A stretch of 64,000 nt of DNA from Clostridia bacterium (GTDB lineage Bacteria; Bacillota; Clostridia; Oscillospirales; CAG-272): the NCBI GenBank assembly GCA_017455905.1, contig JAFTLQ010000016.1, positions 268-64,267 on the forward strand, in the 5' to 3' direction. The position numbers were made by a program, and so were the translations under genes. The notes below the pieces were generated by a model. It did not search any database. It had not been told where the DNA came from and saw only the letters and a list, made by a program, of their open reading frames with translations. Below are positions 54,275-64,000 of this stretch, piece by piece (position 1 is the first letter of the stretch; each line of letters opens with the position of its first letter).

Positions 54275-55108
54275 ATGAAAGTTATGGATCAGGTGATCAC
54301 GAGCCGTCAGAATCCGACGGTCAAATGGGCGGTCACGCTTCAGGAACGAAAGGGCAGAGACGCGGTGCAGGCCTTCCTTGCCGAGGGAGAAAAGCTGACG
54401 CTTGAGGCGGCACGGGGTGGTCTTTTCGTTTCGCACATCTTCGTGTCCCAATCGCAAAGCAGCGCGCTGTTGCCCCGCCTTCTCGCCGCGTTTTCCGACG
54501 CGCGCTACGACGGTACGGTGCTGATGATCCTTGAGGACTTCGTGTTCGAGAAGATCTCCACGGAAAAAACGCCGCGCGGCGTGATAAGTGTTGTAAAATA
54601 TCTTGACTTTTTCAAAGAATTGGATATAATGTATAAGGAAGACTTTTTAAAAATGACGGGCGAGCGCGTGCTGGTTCTTTGCTCCGTGCGCGATCCGGGC
54701 AACCTCGGTAGCGTCATCCGCAGTGCCGTGGCCTTTGGCGTTCGTCATATCATCCTCAGCGATGACTGCGCCGACGTCTACAATCCTAAGACCGTGCGCA
54801 GTGCGATGGGAAGCCTCTTTCACGTTCGTCTGACGTGCGTACGCGATATGGCGAGCGTCGTTCTGTCGGCGCAGGCGGTGGGGCGTCGCGTCCTGGCGGC
54901 CGAGCTGCGCGCGCATGCGGTCCCGATCGACGAGGCACACCTGACAGGGGAGGATATCATCCTGATCGGCAACGAGGGACACGGCATCGACGAGCGCCTT
55001 TCCTCTCTTGCGACGGGCAGCGTCTATATTCCGATCGCCGAGCAGACGGAGAGTCTCAATGCCGCCGTTGCCGCCGCGCTCTTTATGTTTGCGCAGGGGC
55101 GGCTATAA
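54275..55108 (+). CDS. TrmH/SpoU-family RNA 2'-O-methyltransferase (YsgA-like)
   Basis: GNLGSVIRSA, LIGNEGHGI and ESLNAAVAAA. The position after rplT matches Bacillus ysgA. Confidence 0.8.
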   Translation: MKVMDQVITSRQNPTVKWAVTLQERKGRDAVQAFLAEGEKLTLEAARGGLFVSHIFVSQSQSSALLPRLLAAFSDARYDGTVLMILEDFVFEKISTEKTPRGVISVVKYLDFFKELDIMYKEDFLKMTGERVLVLCSVRDPGNLGSVIRSAVAFGVRHIILSDDCADVYNPKTVRSAMGSLFHVRLTCVRDMASVVLSAQAVGRRVLAAELRAHAVPIDEAHLTGEDIILIGNEGHGIDERLSSLATGSVYIPIAEQTESLNAAVAAALFMFAQGRL

Positions 55109-55145
55109 GCGGTATTTCATTTCACATGATGAAAAGGAGCGTACC

Positions 55146-56384
55146 ATGGATCAACGTATATATTGGATCTGGCTGTCGCTGTCCGTGACCCCGGCCACGG
55201 AGTCGTTTATCAAGCTGTATACGCATACGCCCGATCCCAAGGGGATCTATGAGATGGACGACGATATCCGCCGTCGCTTGGTCGGCTCGACCTCCCGCGA
55301 CGCTGAGCGGCTTTGCAACCGCGACCTTACCGAGGCGGAGCGCATCCTCACCTTCTGCCTTGACAAGCAGATCGGCATCGTGACCTATGGGGATGAGGAA
55401 TATCCGCCGCTGCTGCGCAATATTCCGGACCCGCCGGTGCTTCTGTATTATCGCGGCGTGTGGCCGAATTTCGCCGCCTCCTTTCCCGTGTCCGTCGTTG
55501 GCACGCGTCATATGAGCGCGTACGGACGTAAGTCCGCCTTCTATATCGCGCTTGACCTGGCCCGTGCAGGGGCGACCATCGTTTCGGGCATGGCGCGCGG
55601 CATCGACGGTGTCGCGCACAGTGCGGCTCTGTCTGTGGACGGGGTGACCGTGGCCGTTCTCGGCTGCGGCATTGACATCTGTTATCCAAAGGAGCATCTG
55701 ACGCTGGCACGCGCGATCGTCAAGGGCGGCTGCGTCCTGACGGAGTACGCACCCGGTACGCCGCCGCTTACCTACCATTTCCCGCAAAGAAACCGTATTA
55801 TCAGCGGCCTGTGCGCCGCCACACTGGTCATGGAGGGCCGCGAGAAGAGCGGCTCGCTCATCACCGCCCGTTGTGCCATGAAGCAGGGACGCACGGTGTA
55901 CGCCTTGCCCGCCAACGTGGATACGGACACGAGCGAGGTGACCTCGCTACTTCTCAAAAACGGCGCACGCGCCGTCACCTCGGCGGATGACGTCATCCGC
56001 GATTTTGAATTTGTTTATACAGGCATTTTGAATCCGTACCGCCTGCGCGAGCCGGTATCCGTCTCTATGGAGCCGACGCTTGCCCACCTGGGGGTCGATC
56101 AGAAGCCGCAGAAAAAGAAAAAGGGGCTCTTATCCGTCTTTCAGCGGAGCAAGCCGCCCGTCGACGAGTCCGTGTCCGCGGATGCGTCCGCCGAGCGTCC
56201 GCTGCCCGAGCTGACGGAGGAGGAGCGCGCCGTATACGACCGCCTGCCGACCGACGGGGCCTGCGATATCGAATCGCTCGTCTGTGAGGCATGCTCGCTG
56301 CGCGCACTGATGCGCATCCTGCTCAAGCTGGAGATCAAGGGATGCATTGAGCTTCTTCCCGGCGAACGGGTATCGAGAAAATAA
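55146..56384 (+). CDS. dprA: DNA-processing protein DprA (Smf)
   Basis: Rossmann-like core VVGTRHMSAYG and GMARGIDGVAH. A C-terminal winged-helix-like tail is present. Confidence 0.85.
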   Translation: MDQRIYWIWLSLSVTPATESFIKLYTHTPDPKGIYEMDDDIRRRLVGSTSRDAERLCNRDLTEAERILTFCLDKQIGIVTYGDEEYPPLLRNIPDPPVLLYYRGVWPNFAASFPVSVVGTRHMSAYGRKSAFYIALDLARAGATIVSGMARGIDGVAHSAALSVDGVTVAVLGCGIDICYPKEHLTLARAIVKGGCVLTEYAPGTPPLTYHFPQRNRIISGLCAATLVMEGREKSGSLITARCAMKQGRTVYALPANVDTDTSEVTSLLLKNGARAVTSADDVIRDFEFVYTGILNPYRLREPVSVSMEPTLAHLGVDQKPQKKKKGLLSVFQRSKPPVDESVSADASAERPLPELTEEERAVYDRLPTDGACDIESLVCEACSLRALMRILLKLEIKGCIELLPGERVSRK

Positions 56385-56412
56385 GAAAGGGGCGGCACGG
56401 CCGCTATCGTTC

Positions 56413-58680
56413 ATGGCAAATTTAGTAATTGTAGAATCGCCTTCCAAGGCAACCACGATAAAGAGCTATCTCGGCGCGGGCTATCGCGTCATTGCGTCGC
56501 AGGGTCATATCCGCGATCTTCCCAAAAGCACCCTCGGCGTCGATATTGACGCAGGCTTCACGCCTCATTATATCAACATCCGCGGCAAGGGAGATATCAT
56601 CAAGCAGCTGAAAAAGGAAGCCAAGGGAGCAGGGAAGATCCTGCTGGCAACGGACCCTGACCGCGAGGGAGAGGCGATCTCTTGGCATATCGCGCGCGAG
56701 CTCGGTATTCCCGAGGACGCCCCCTGCCGTGTGACCTTCAACGAGGTGACCAAGACCGCCGTCAAGGATGCCATCAAGCATCCTCGCGCGATCAATATGG
56801 ACCTTGTCAATTCCCAGCAGGCGCGCCGTATCCTTGACCGCCTGGTCGGCTTTAAGCTGAGTCCGCTCCTTTGGAAGCACGTCAAGAGCGGTCTGTCCGG
56901 CGGACGCGTGCAATCGGCCGCTACCCGTCTGATCGCCGACCGTGAGGCGGAGATCCGCGCCTTTGTTCCGCAGGAATACTGGACGGTGGACGCCGTGCTG
57001 ACCACGGCCGTCGGCGAGCCGTTGACCGTACGCTTCTTCGGCACCGCTGACGGAAAAGAAAAGATTGAGACCGAAGCGCAGGCACGTGCGATCACCGAGG
57101 CTGTCCGTTCGGGAAGCTTTTATGCTCGCTCGGTGCGCCACGTCGAACGGCAGAAGCAGCCGGCGCCTCCCTTTACCACCTCCACGCTGCAGCAGGAGGC
57201 ATCCAAAAAGCTTGGCTTCCAGACGCAGCGTATCATGAAGGTCGCACAGGAGCTGTACGACGGTATCAATCTCGGTGCCGAGTTTGGCGGTGTGCAGGGT
57301 CTTATTACCTATATGCGTACCGACTCCAAGCGCATTTCCGACAGTGCACGCGATGCCGCGCGTGCCTGGATCACAAACGCCTACGGCGAGGCAGGCGTGC
57401 CGCCGCTTCCCCGTGTGTATAAGAGCAACGCCAACGCACAGGACGCCCACGAGGCGATCCGTCCCTCGGACGTCAATATAGAGCCGTCGATGGTCCGTAA
57501 GGCACTGACCAACGAGCAATACCGCCTGTATAAGCTGATCTGGGAGCGCTTCGTTTCCAGCCAGATGGCCGCGGCGGTGCTGGATACCGTGTCGATGGAA
57601 TTTGAAAACAGCGGCTATATCTTCCGCGCCGGCGGCTACACCGTCAAATCGCGCGGATATATGGCGATCTACGACGCCTCGGATGACGAGGAGGGGCTGG
57701 AGGACGAGGAGAATTTCGCCAAGACCCCCGACGTTCGGGAGGGAAGCACGCTTCCGTATGCCGACGTGCGCGCCCAGCAGCACTTTACCGAGCCGCCGGC
57801 ACGGTATACCGAGGCATCTCTCGTTAAATTCTTTGAGGAGAACGGCATCGGCCGTCCCTCCACGTATGCGCAGACCATTTCCGTCATCCTTGCGAGAAAC
57901 TACGTCAAGCGTGACGGCAAAACGCTGGTGGCCACGCCCTTAGGCGAGATCGCCACCGACTTTATGCGCAAGCATTTTCCCGACATTATCGACTATGAAT
58001 TTACTGCCTCCATGGAGGATAAGCTGGATTCCATTGAGCAGAAGGAGAACACCACCGAGGGAGTCCTTTCGGAATTTTACCGCGACTTCGCCGAGCAGCT
58101 TCGCCGTGCGGAGGAGGCACCCGATGAGCGACAGGTGGTCATCCCCGCCGAGGTGAGCGATATCCCCTGTGACAAATGCGGCGCCATGATGATCTATAAG
58201 AACGGCCGCTTCGGTAAGTTCCTCGCCTGTCCGAACTATCCCACCTGTCGCAACACCCGTGCCGTCGGCGGCGACGGTAAGCCGATGGTCAAGGAGGAGC
58301 GCGAGCCCGTCCTCGCCGGCTTTACGTGTGAGGTGTGCGGTGCGCAGATGGTCGTTCGCAACGGCCGCTACGGCACCTTCTACGCGTGTGAAAATTATCC
58401 GAGCTGCACCTTTACCAAGCAGAAGTCGCTGACCCTTGACGCGCCTTGCCCCAAGTGCGGTGCCAAGACCGTGGCGCGGCAGGGTAAGAATAAAACGCTT
58501 TTCTTCAGCTGTGAGACCTATCCGAGCTGTGATTTCTCCTCGTGGGACATGCCGCTCGCAAGGACCTGTCCCGACTGCGGTGCACAGCTTTACTACCGTA
58601 AGAGCCGCAAATGCATTCTTTGTAAGACGAAGGGCTGTGGCTACAAGAGCGAGGAAGAGGTCGCTCTGCCGGAGCTTTGA
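56413..58680 (+). CDS. topA: DNA topoisomerase I
   Basis: TOPRIM MANLVIVESPSKA / DPDREGE, active-site ITYMRTDS, and four C-terminal CxxC...CxxC zinc ribbons. Confidence 0.95.
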   Translation: MANLVIVESPSKATTIKSYLGAGYRVIASQGHIRDLPKSTLGVDIDAGFTPHYINIRGKGDIIKQLKKEAKGAGKILLATDPDREGEAISWHIARELGIPEDAPCRVTFNEVTKTAVKDAIKHPRAINMDLVNSQQARRILDRLVGFKLSPLLWKHVKSGLSGGRVQSAATRLIADREAEIRAFVPQEYWTVDAVLTTAVGEPLTVRFFGTADGKEKIETEAQARAITEAVRSGSFYARSVRHVERQKQPAPPFTTSTLQQEASKKLGFQTQRIMKVAQELYDGINLGAEFGGVQGLITYMRTDSKRISDSARDAARAWITNAYGEAGVPPLPRVYKSNANAQDAHEAIRPSDVNIEPSMVRKALTNEQYRLYKLIWERFVSSQMAAAVLDTVSMEFENSGYIFRAGGYTVKSRGYMAIYDASDDEEGLEDEENFAKTPDVREGSTLPYADVRAQQHFTEPPARYTEASLVKFFEENGIGRPSTYAQTISVILARNYVKRDGKTLVATPLGEIATDFMRKHFPDIIDYEFTASMEDKLDSIEQKENTTEGVLSEFYRDFAEQLRRAEEAPDERQVVIPAEVSDIPCDKCGAMMIYKNGRFGKFLACPNYPTCRNTRAVGGDGKPMVKEEREPVLAGFTCEVCGAQMVVRNGRYGTFYACENYPSCTFTKQKSLTLDAPCPKCGAKTVARQGKNKTLFFSCETYPSCDFSSWDMPLARTCPDCGAQLYYRKSRKCILCKTKGCGYKSEEEVALPEL

Positions 58681-58697
58681 TACGGGGAGGGATACCA

Positions 58698-60050
58698 ATG
58701 AACGATACACCCGTCATCCGCGTCATCGGCGCGGGACTTGCGGGCTGTGAGGCGGCCTATCAGGCCGCGCGGCTTGGTGTACGCGTCGAGCTGTACGAAA
58801 TGAAGCCGCACAAATTTTCTCCCGCGCATCACGATCCTCGGTTCGCCGAGCTCGTCTGCTCCAATTCGCTTCGCTCCGATCAGCTGAGCAACGCCGTCGG
58901 CCTTCTGAAGGAGGAGCTTCGTCGGTTAGGCTCGCTGATCCTGGAGGCGGCTGACCGAACGAGAGTTCCTGCCGGAAGCGCCCTGGCGGTCAACCGAACG
59001 GATTTTTCTTCGTATATCACCGACGTCATCCGTCAACATCCGCTCATCACGGTGCACGACGAGGAGGTGACCGAGATCGACACCGACCGCATCACCGTCG
59101 TGGCCACGGGTCCCTTGACCTCGGAGGGCATGGCGGAGACGGTCGCCCGCCTGACGGGCGGCGACGAGCTGCACTTTTTTGATGCGGCCGCCCCCATTGT
59201 CGATTTTGACTCGGTCAATACCGATATTGCCTTCTTTGCCTCCCGTTACGGGAAGGGCGAGCCAACGGATTACCTCAACTGCCCGATGACCCGCGAGGAG
59301 TACGATCGCTTTTACGACGCCCTCGTGCATGCCGAAGTCGCGCCTCTCAAGGCCTTTGATCGCGAGCTTCAGCAGGATCTGACCGTCTTTGAGGGCTGTA
59401 TGCCCGTGGAGGTCATGGCGGCGCGCGGCCGAGATACGCTGCGCTTCGGCCCGATGAAGCCCGTCGGTCTTCCTTGCCCTCGGACGGGGGAGGATGCCTA
59501 TGCCACCGTGCAGCTGCGCCGTGAGAACCGAGAGGGAACGATGTATAACCTCGTCGGCTTCCAGACGCATCTGACATTTCCCGAGCAAAAGCGCGTGTTC
59601 TCCATGATCCCGGGGCTTGAGAACGCTACGTTTTTCCGTTACGGCGTCATGCACCGTAACACCTACATGCAATCGCCCGGCAAGCTGTGTGCGACCTATG
59701 CCATGCGCACCTATCCCAAGGTGTATTTCGCCGGACAGATGACCGGCGTCGAGGGGTATATCGAATCGACCTCCTCGGGCTTCGTTGCCGGCTTGAACGC
59801 CGCACGCGCGGCGCTGGGACTTTCCCCGGCGGTCTTTTCTCCCGAAACGCAGATCGGTGCCTTGGCACGCTACGTCAGCGAGGGCGGAGTCAGCAAGGAC
59901 TTTCAGCCGATGAATGCCAACTTTGGCATCATTGCACCGTTACAACAAAAAGTGAAAGGCGGTAAAAAGGCTCGTAACGAGGTCTACGCCGAGCGCTCGC
60001 TCGCCGTGATCGACGCCTTCGTTGCGGATGCTTACCGAACGAACGTATGA
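58698..60050 (+). CDS. trmFO: methylenetetrahydrofolate-tRNA-(uracil-5-)-methyltransferase TrmFO (Gid)
   Basis: VIGAGLAGCEAAYQ, plus length and topA-gid synteny. Confidence 0.9.
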   Translation: MNDTPVIRVIGAGLAGCEAAYQAARLGVRVELYEMKPHKFSPAHHDPRFAELVCSNSLRSDQLSNAVGLLKEELRRLGSLILEAADRTRVPAGSALAVNRTDFSSYITDVIRQHPLITVHDEEVTEIDTDRITVVATGPLTSEGMAETVARLTGGDELHFFDAAAPIVDFDSVNTDIAFFASRYGKGEPTDYLNCPMTREEYDRFYDALVHAEVAPLKAFDRELQQDLTVFEGCMPVEVMAARGRDTLRFGPMKPVGLPCPRTGEDAYATVQLRRENREGTMYNLVGFQTHLTFPEQKRVFSMIPGLENATFFRYGVMHRNTYMQSPGKLCATYAMRTYPKVYFAGQMTGVEGYIESTSSGFVAGLNAARAALGLSPAVFSPETQIGALARYVSEGGVSKDFQPMNANFGIIAPLQQKVKGGKKARNEVYAERSLAVIDAFVADAYRTNV

Positions 60051-61078
60051 AAATACTGTTAGACGCTATGAGTGGCGATAACGCCCCTCTTGAGATCCTT
60101 CGCGGTGCCGTGATGGCGCACGCCGAATTTCCTGACGAGATCGTTCTGATCGGCGATGAAAACGTCCTGGCAGACGTGGCCGTCAAGAACGACCTGGATC
60201 TGCGTGGGATATCCATCGTACACGCCTCCTCGGTCATTTCCATGGAGGACAGCCCCTTGTCGGTCGTACGTGATAAAAAGGACTCATCCATGGGCGTCGG
60301 CTTGAAAATGCTCTCGCGCGGCGAGGGCGACGCCTTTGTCAGCGCCGGTAATACCGGTGCGCTGATCACGGGTGCGACGCTGATCGTTCGCCGCATCAAG
60401 GGCATCAACCGTGCCGGTATTGCCAGCATTCTTCCGCTTGGCAACCCCGTGCTTCTGATGGATTCGGGCGCGAACCTCAACATCACGAGCGATAACATGG
60501 CGCAGTTTGCCTTCATGGGCGCAAAATATATGGAAAAGGTGTACGGCATCGAGCGTCCGCGCGTCGGACAGCTCAACAACGGCACCGAATACAATAAGGG
60601 AAACTCCCTGCAGGTCGAGTCGTACCAGTTGCTCAGCGAGAGCGGACTGAACTTCGTCGGAAATATTGAGGCGAAGGACGTTCCGTTCAACGTATGCGAC
60701 GTGCTGGTCACCGACGGATTTTCGGGTAACATTTTCCTCAAGAGCGCGGAGGGCATGGGCAAATTCATGATGCGCATTCTCAAGGACGTCCTGTATACCA
60801 ATCTGGCCACCAAGCTGTCGGCGGTGACCATGAAGAACAAGGTCAAGGGCCTTAAGACGCGCTTTGATACCTCCGAGCACGGAGGCGCACCGCTTCTCGG
60901 TATCAGCCGCCCCGTCATCAAGGCGCACGGCTCCTCCGATGCCAAGGCTATCAAAAACGCCGTACGTCAGGCGATCACCTTCGTGCAGACGGGTGTCAAC
61001 CGCGACATTACCTCCTTTGCGGAGGATTACGACGAAAAGAAGATATTAGCCGACGCCGAAAAGCAGTTCGGCAACTGA
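60047..61078 (+). CDS. plsX: phosphate acyltransferase PlsX
   Basis: MKILLDAMSGDNAP and NTGAL. The start overlaps the trmFO stop (ATGA). Confidence 0.9.
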   Translation: MKILLDAMSGDNAPLEILRGAVMAHAEFPDEIVLIGDENVLADVAVKNDLDLRGISIVHASSVISMEDSPLSVVRDKKDSSMGVGLKMLSRGEGDAFVSAGNTGALITGATLIVRRIKGINRAGIASILPLGNPVLLMDSGANLNITSDNMAQFAFMGAKYMEKVYGIERPRVGQLNNGTEYNKGNSLQVESYQLLSESGLNFVGNIEAKDVPFNVCDVLVTDGFSGNIFLKSAEGMGKFMMRILKDVLYTNLATKLSAVTMKNKVKGLKTRFDTSEHGGAPLLGISRPVIKAHGSSDAKAIKNAVRQAITFVQTGVNRDITSFAEDYDEKKILADAEKQFGN

Positions 61079-61118
61079 TACGAAGCAAAACACAACGCAA
61101 CGGGAAAGGAGGCGCCCT

Positions 61119-61832
61119 ATGGCGATCGGAAAGGATCTCGGGGGGCTGCAGGAGGCTCTCGGCTATACGTTTGCCGATCCGACGTATCTGCAGACGGCCC
61201 TGACGCATGCGTCCTACAGCCATGAACAAAAGGGGAAGGGAAAAAGCTATCCCTCCAACGAGCGCCTGGAATTCCTCGGCGACGCGGTGCTTCAGCTGGT
61301 CATATCCGACGAGCTGTTCCGTATGTACGGTCACTTCGCCGAGGGCGCTCTGACCAAAACACGGCAAACGCTCGTCTGTGAAAAAACGCTCTCCTCCATC
61401 GCCGCGTCGATCGACCTCGGTGCCTATCTGCACGTCGGTCACGGAGAAGAGATGACCGACTGTCGCTGTCGGCCGAAGGTGCTGGCCGATGCGATGGAGG
61501 CGGTGTTCGCCGCCGTATATCTCGATGCCCGTGCGACGGGCAGCGATGCGTATCGCACCGTCATTTTACGCCTGCTTCACCCGATGCTGACGGCGTGTAT
61601 GGATACGCCTCCCGCCGATGCCAAGACCATGCTGCAGCAGCTGGTCGAAAAGGACGGCTCCTCCGTGCTGACCTATGAGGTCCTGCGCGAGGACGGCCCG
61701 GCACACGAAAGAGAATATACAGTGGCCTGTTACGTAAACAATAACGAGGTCGGGCGCGGCTGTGCCCGTACGATCAAGGACGCGCAGATGGAGGCTGCCA
61801 CGGTGGCCCTGCGTCTATTCGGCGTTCTGTAA
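61119..61832 (+). CDS. rnc: ribonuclease III
   Basis: Signature NERLEFLGDAVL and a C-terminal dsRBD. Confidence 0.95.
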   Translation: MAIGKDLGGLQEALGYTFADPTYLQTALTHASYSHEQKGKGKSYPSNERLEFLGDAVLQLVISDELFRMYGHFAEGALTKTRQTLVCEKTLSSIAASIDLGAYLHVGHGEEMTDCRCRPKVLADAMEAVFAAVYLDARATGSDAYRTVILRLLHPMLTACMDTPPADAKTMLQQLVEKDGSSVLTYEVLREDGPAHEREYTVACYVNNNEVGRGCARTIKDAQMEAATVALRLFGVL

Positions 61833-61864
61833 GAACGGAAAAATCCCTAAGGAAAGGACATCTC

Positions 61865-64000
61865 ATGTACTTAAAATCGCTGGAGCTTCACGGCTTCAAA
61901 TCATTTCCCAACCGTACTGTTTTGACCTTTGAGCGCGGTGCGACGGTCATCGTCGGACCGAACGGTAGCGGAAAATCCAACATTTCCGACGCGATGCGCT
62001 GGGTTCTCGGTGAACTGTCCAGCCGTAATATTCGCGGAACCAAAATGGAAGATGTCATTTTCGGCGGTACCGACGAGCGTCGCCCGATGGGCTTTGCCGA
62101 GGTAACGGTCGTATTTGATAACAGCGAGCCCAATCGCTTGGACTCCCCGTACGACGAGGTGTCCGTCACCCGTCGCTATTTCCGCACGGGTGAAAGTGAA
62201 TACATGATCAATAAGACGCCCTGCCGTCTGCGCGATATTTATGAGCTGTTCATGAATACCGGTGTCGGCCGTGAGGGATATTCCATCATCGGACAGGGTA
62301 AGATCGCGGAGATCATATCAAAAAAGAGCGACGAGCGCCGCAATATTTTTGAGGAAGCCGCCGGTATTTCCAAATACCGTCACCGCAAGGAGGAATCCGA
62401 GCGCAAGCTGAAGGCGGTGCAGGACAATCTGGATCGTGTCAAGGACATCCTCGGCGAGCTGGAGGGCCGTGTCGGCCCCTTGGAGAAGGAAGCCGAGCGT
62501 GCCCGTAAGGGTCTTGCCGTTTACGAGGAAAAGAAGCGTGCGGACGTATCGCTCTGGCTCTACGATACCAAAAAGATCCTGGACGACATCAAGGAAGCCG
62601 ACGATGCGTGGCGCCTGTCCAAAAACGAGCTGGATATTCTTGAATCCCAGCTGGCCGATCTGGAAACGCAGACCGAAACGCTGTATAGCAAGACGCAGTC
62701 GAACAAGCTTTTGTCTGCGGAGCTTTTGGAGCAGAGCCGTCTGACGACCGAGCGTATCCACGCCCTTGACAGCGCGCTGCGCGTGGCGGAGTCCGACTGT
62801 CAGCACGTCGAGGAGATGGTCGCCCGTTACCGGGAGCGTATTGCCGAGATCGAGCGCACGTACGCAACGGTACAGCACGACCGCGACGAAAAGGAAGCCG
62901 CCCTCCGTGCGACCGAAAAGGACATGAAGGAGCTGCTTGACCAACGTCTGGAGTGCCTGGCCGAGCAGCAGCAGGCGCAGGCCGAGGTCGACCGCGCCAA
63001 GGGAGAGCTGACGGCCGCGCTGGATGAGCTGACGGTGGAGGAAAACGCCGCAACGGATCTGCGTGTTCGTTTGGACGTGCTTAAAAACGCGCGGGATACC
63101 GACGGAAACAAGTCACGGGATATCGAGGAAGAGATCCGTACATACGAGGAGGAAGGAAAGGCGCTGAAGGAGGAGGCTGATCGCTGTGAGGCGAACGCCG
63201 CCGGCTTCAAGGCGCAGATCGAGGAGAAGGACGCCGTCCTCCGCGAGGCGGCCGAGCGTCAGGCAGCCATCGGCGAGCGCCGCGAGGAGCTGCAGGCCGA
63301 GATCGGACGCCTGCAGGTCGAGCGTGACACGCTGCTTCAGCGTGCCGACACGCTCAAGCGCATGAGTGAGCACTTGGAGGGATATTCCGAGAGCATCAAG
63401 TTCGTCATGCGTGAATACAACGCCGGACACATCAGCGGTGCAGGGAAGATCCACGGTCCGCTGTCCTCGCTGATCCAGGTCGACAAGCGGTATATCACCG
63501 CGATCGAGACGGCCTTGGGTGCGAGCTTACAAAACATCGTCGTTGAAAGCGAGGAGACCGCCAAGGCAGCGATCCGCGCCCTCAAGCAGGCCAACGCCGG
63601 CCGTGCGACCTTCTATCCGATCACGGCGATCAAGCCGATGTCGGAGACCGACGAGATCCGCGAGGCCTCGCACATGGAGGGCTTTGTCGGACGCGCGGAT
63701 ACCTTGGTCGAGAGCGGACGCGAGTATCGCTCCATCGTCGAGTGGCTGCTGCTTCGTACCTGTGTGTTCGATACCATCGATCACGCATCGGTCGCGGCCA
63801 AGCGTCTGCGCTACCGCGTCAAGATCGTCACCCTGGACGGCCAGGTCATCAATACGGGCGGTGCCTTCACCGGTGGTAGCGCCAAGCGCGACAGCGGTAT
63901 CCTGTCCCGTATGTCCGAGATCGACAAGCTGCAGAAGAACGCCAAGGCACTTGATGAAAAGCTGCAGGAGCGTTCGACGGAAAAGCAAGCGCTTGACGCC
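61865..64000 (+). CDS. smc: chromosome segregation protein SMC (N-terminal 712 codons; runs off the window)
   Basis: MYLKSLELHGFKSF...GPNGSGKSNISDAMRWVLGE, a long coiled-coil, and the hinge beginning near GKIHGPLSSLIQV. The frame is open to position 64000, so this ORF is absent from the closed-ORF track. Confidence 0.95.
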   Translation, partial: MYLKSLELHGFKSFPNRTVLTFERGATVIVGPNGSGKSNISDAMRWVLGELSSRNIRGTKMEDVIFGGTDERRPMGFAEVTVVFDNSEPNRLDSPYDEVSVTRRYFRTGESEYMINKTPCRLRDIYELFMNTGVGREGYSIIGQGKIAEIISKKSDERRNIFEEAAGISKYRHRKEESERKLKAVQDNLDRVKDILGELEGRVGPLEKEAERARKGLAVYEEKKRADVSLWLYDTKKILDDIKEADDAWRLSKNELDILESQLADLETQTETLYSKTQSNKLLSAELLEQSRLTTERIHALDSALRVAESDCQHVEEMVARYRERIAEIERTYATVQHDRDEKEAALRATEKDMKELLDQRLECLAEQQQAQAEVDRAKGELTAALDELTVEENAATDLRVRLDVLKNARDTDGNKSRDIEEEIRTYEEEGKALKEEADRCEANAAGFKAQIEEKDAVLREAAERQAAIGERREELQAEIGRLQVERDTLLQRADTLKRMSEHLEGYSESIKFVMREYNAGHISGAGKIHGPLSSLIQVDKRYITAIETALGASLQNIVVESEETAKAAIRALKQANAGRATFYPITAIKPMSETDEIREASHMEGFVGRADTLVESGREYRSIVEWLLLRTCVFDTIDHASVAAKRLRYRVKIVTLDGQVINTGGAFTGGSAKRDSGILSRMSEIDKLQKNAKALDEKLQERSTEKQALDA

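Noticed and set aside
1-64000. Search for rRNA, tRNA, tmRNA, transposases, integrases, prophage or known defence genes (RM, CBASS, Abi, TA, retrons)
   Set aside because: No ORF showed the corresponding motifs, and no intergenic segment had cloverleaf-like or rRNA-like features by eye. The only mobile-looking unit is the DUF559 cassette reported above.

Overview
This is a high-GC chromosomal window that looks like Firmicutes/Clostridia. The organism is probably a spore-former, since ytfI/ytfJ-type and dacB-type genes are present. About two thirds is conserved housekeeping with classic Firmicutes synteny. The housekeeping blocks are: addB; miaB-ylbF/ymcA-mutS-mutL-tgt; rluB-dacB-ytfJ-ytfI-scpB-scpA-S2P-engB-lon on the minus strand; infC-rpmI-rplT-trmH; and dprA-topA-trmFO-plsX-rnc-smc. 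The accessory part spans 5.9-34.6 kb. It holds (i) a tight seven-gene cluster (6041-19282) and (ii) two AraC-controlled sugar loci. The seven-gene cluster encodes a 1160-aa CBM-like/solute-binding fusion, two separate ABC permease pairs, a secreted NHL-propeller/TPR/Yip1 membrane protein and a 1200-aa secreted protein of unknown function. It has no ATPase, no regulator and no recognised glycoside hydrolase in cis, and it is my best candidate for an undescribed system. The sugar loci contain a GH127-like enzyme, a GH109-like NAD enzyme and an operon of two Gfo/Idh/MocA oxidoreductases plus two xylose-isomerase-like TIM barrels, which suggests redox-assisted (3-keto) glycoside processing. The non-coding oddities are: a 158-bp nested palindrome sitting between a consensus promoter and a terminator, next to a Cys-rich mini-ORF broken by a frameshift in an A6 run (25.4-25.9 kb); an array of seven mini-hairpins punctuated by GTGAAGT/ACTTCAC (34.7-34.9 kb); and an AT-rich DUF559 endonuclease cassette bounded by 45-bp inverted arms (43.1-43.6 kb). 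infC starts at ATT behind an attenuator leader. I found no rRNA, tRNA, CRISPR array, transposase, integrase, phage block or recognisable defence system. All family assignments come from reading motifs by eye; no database search was run.
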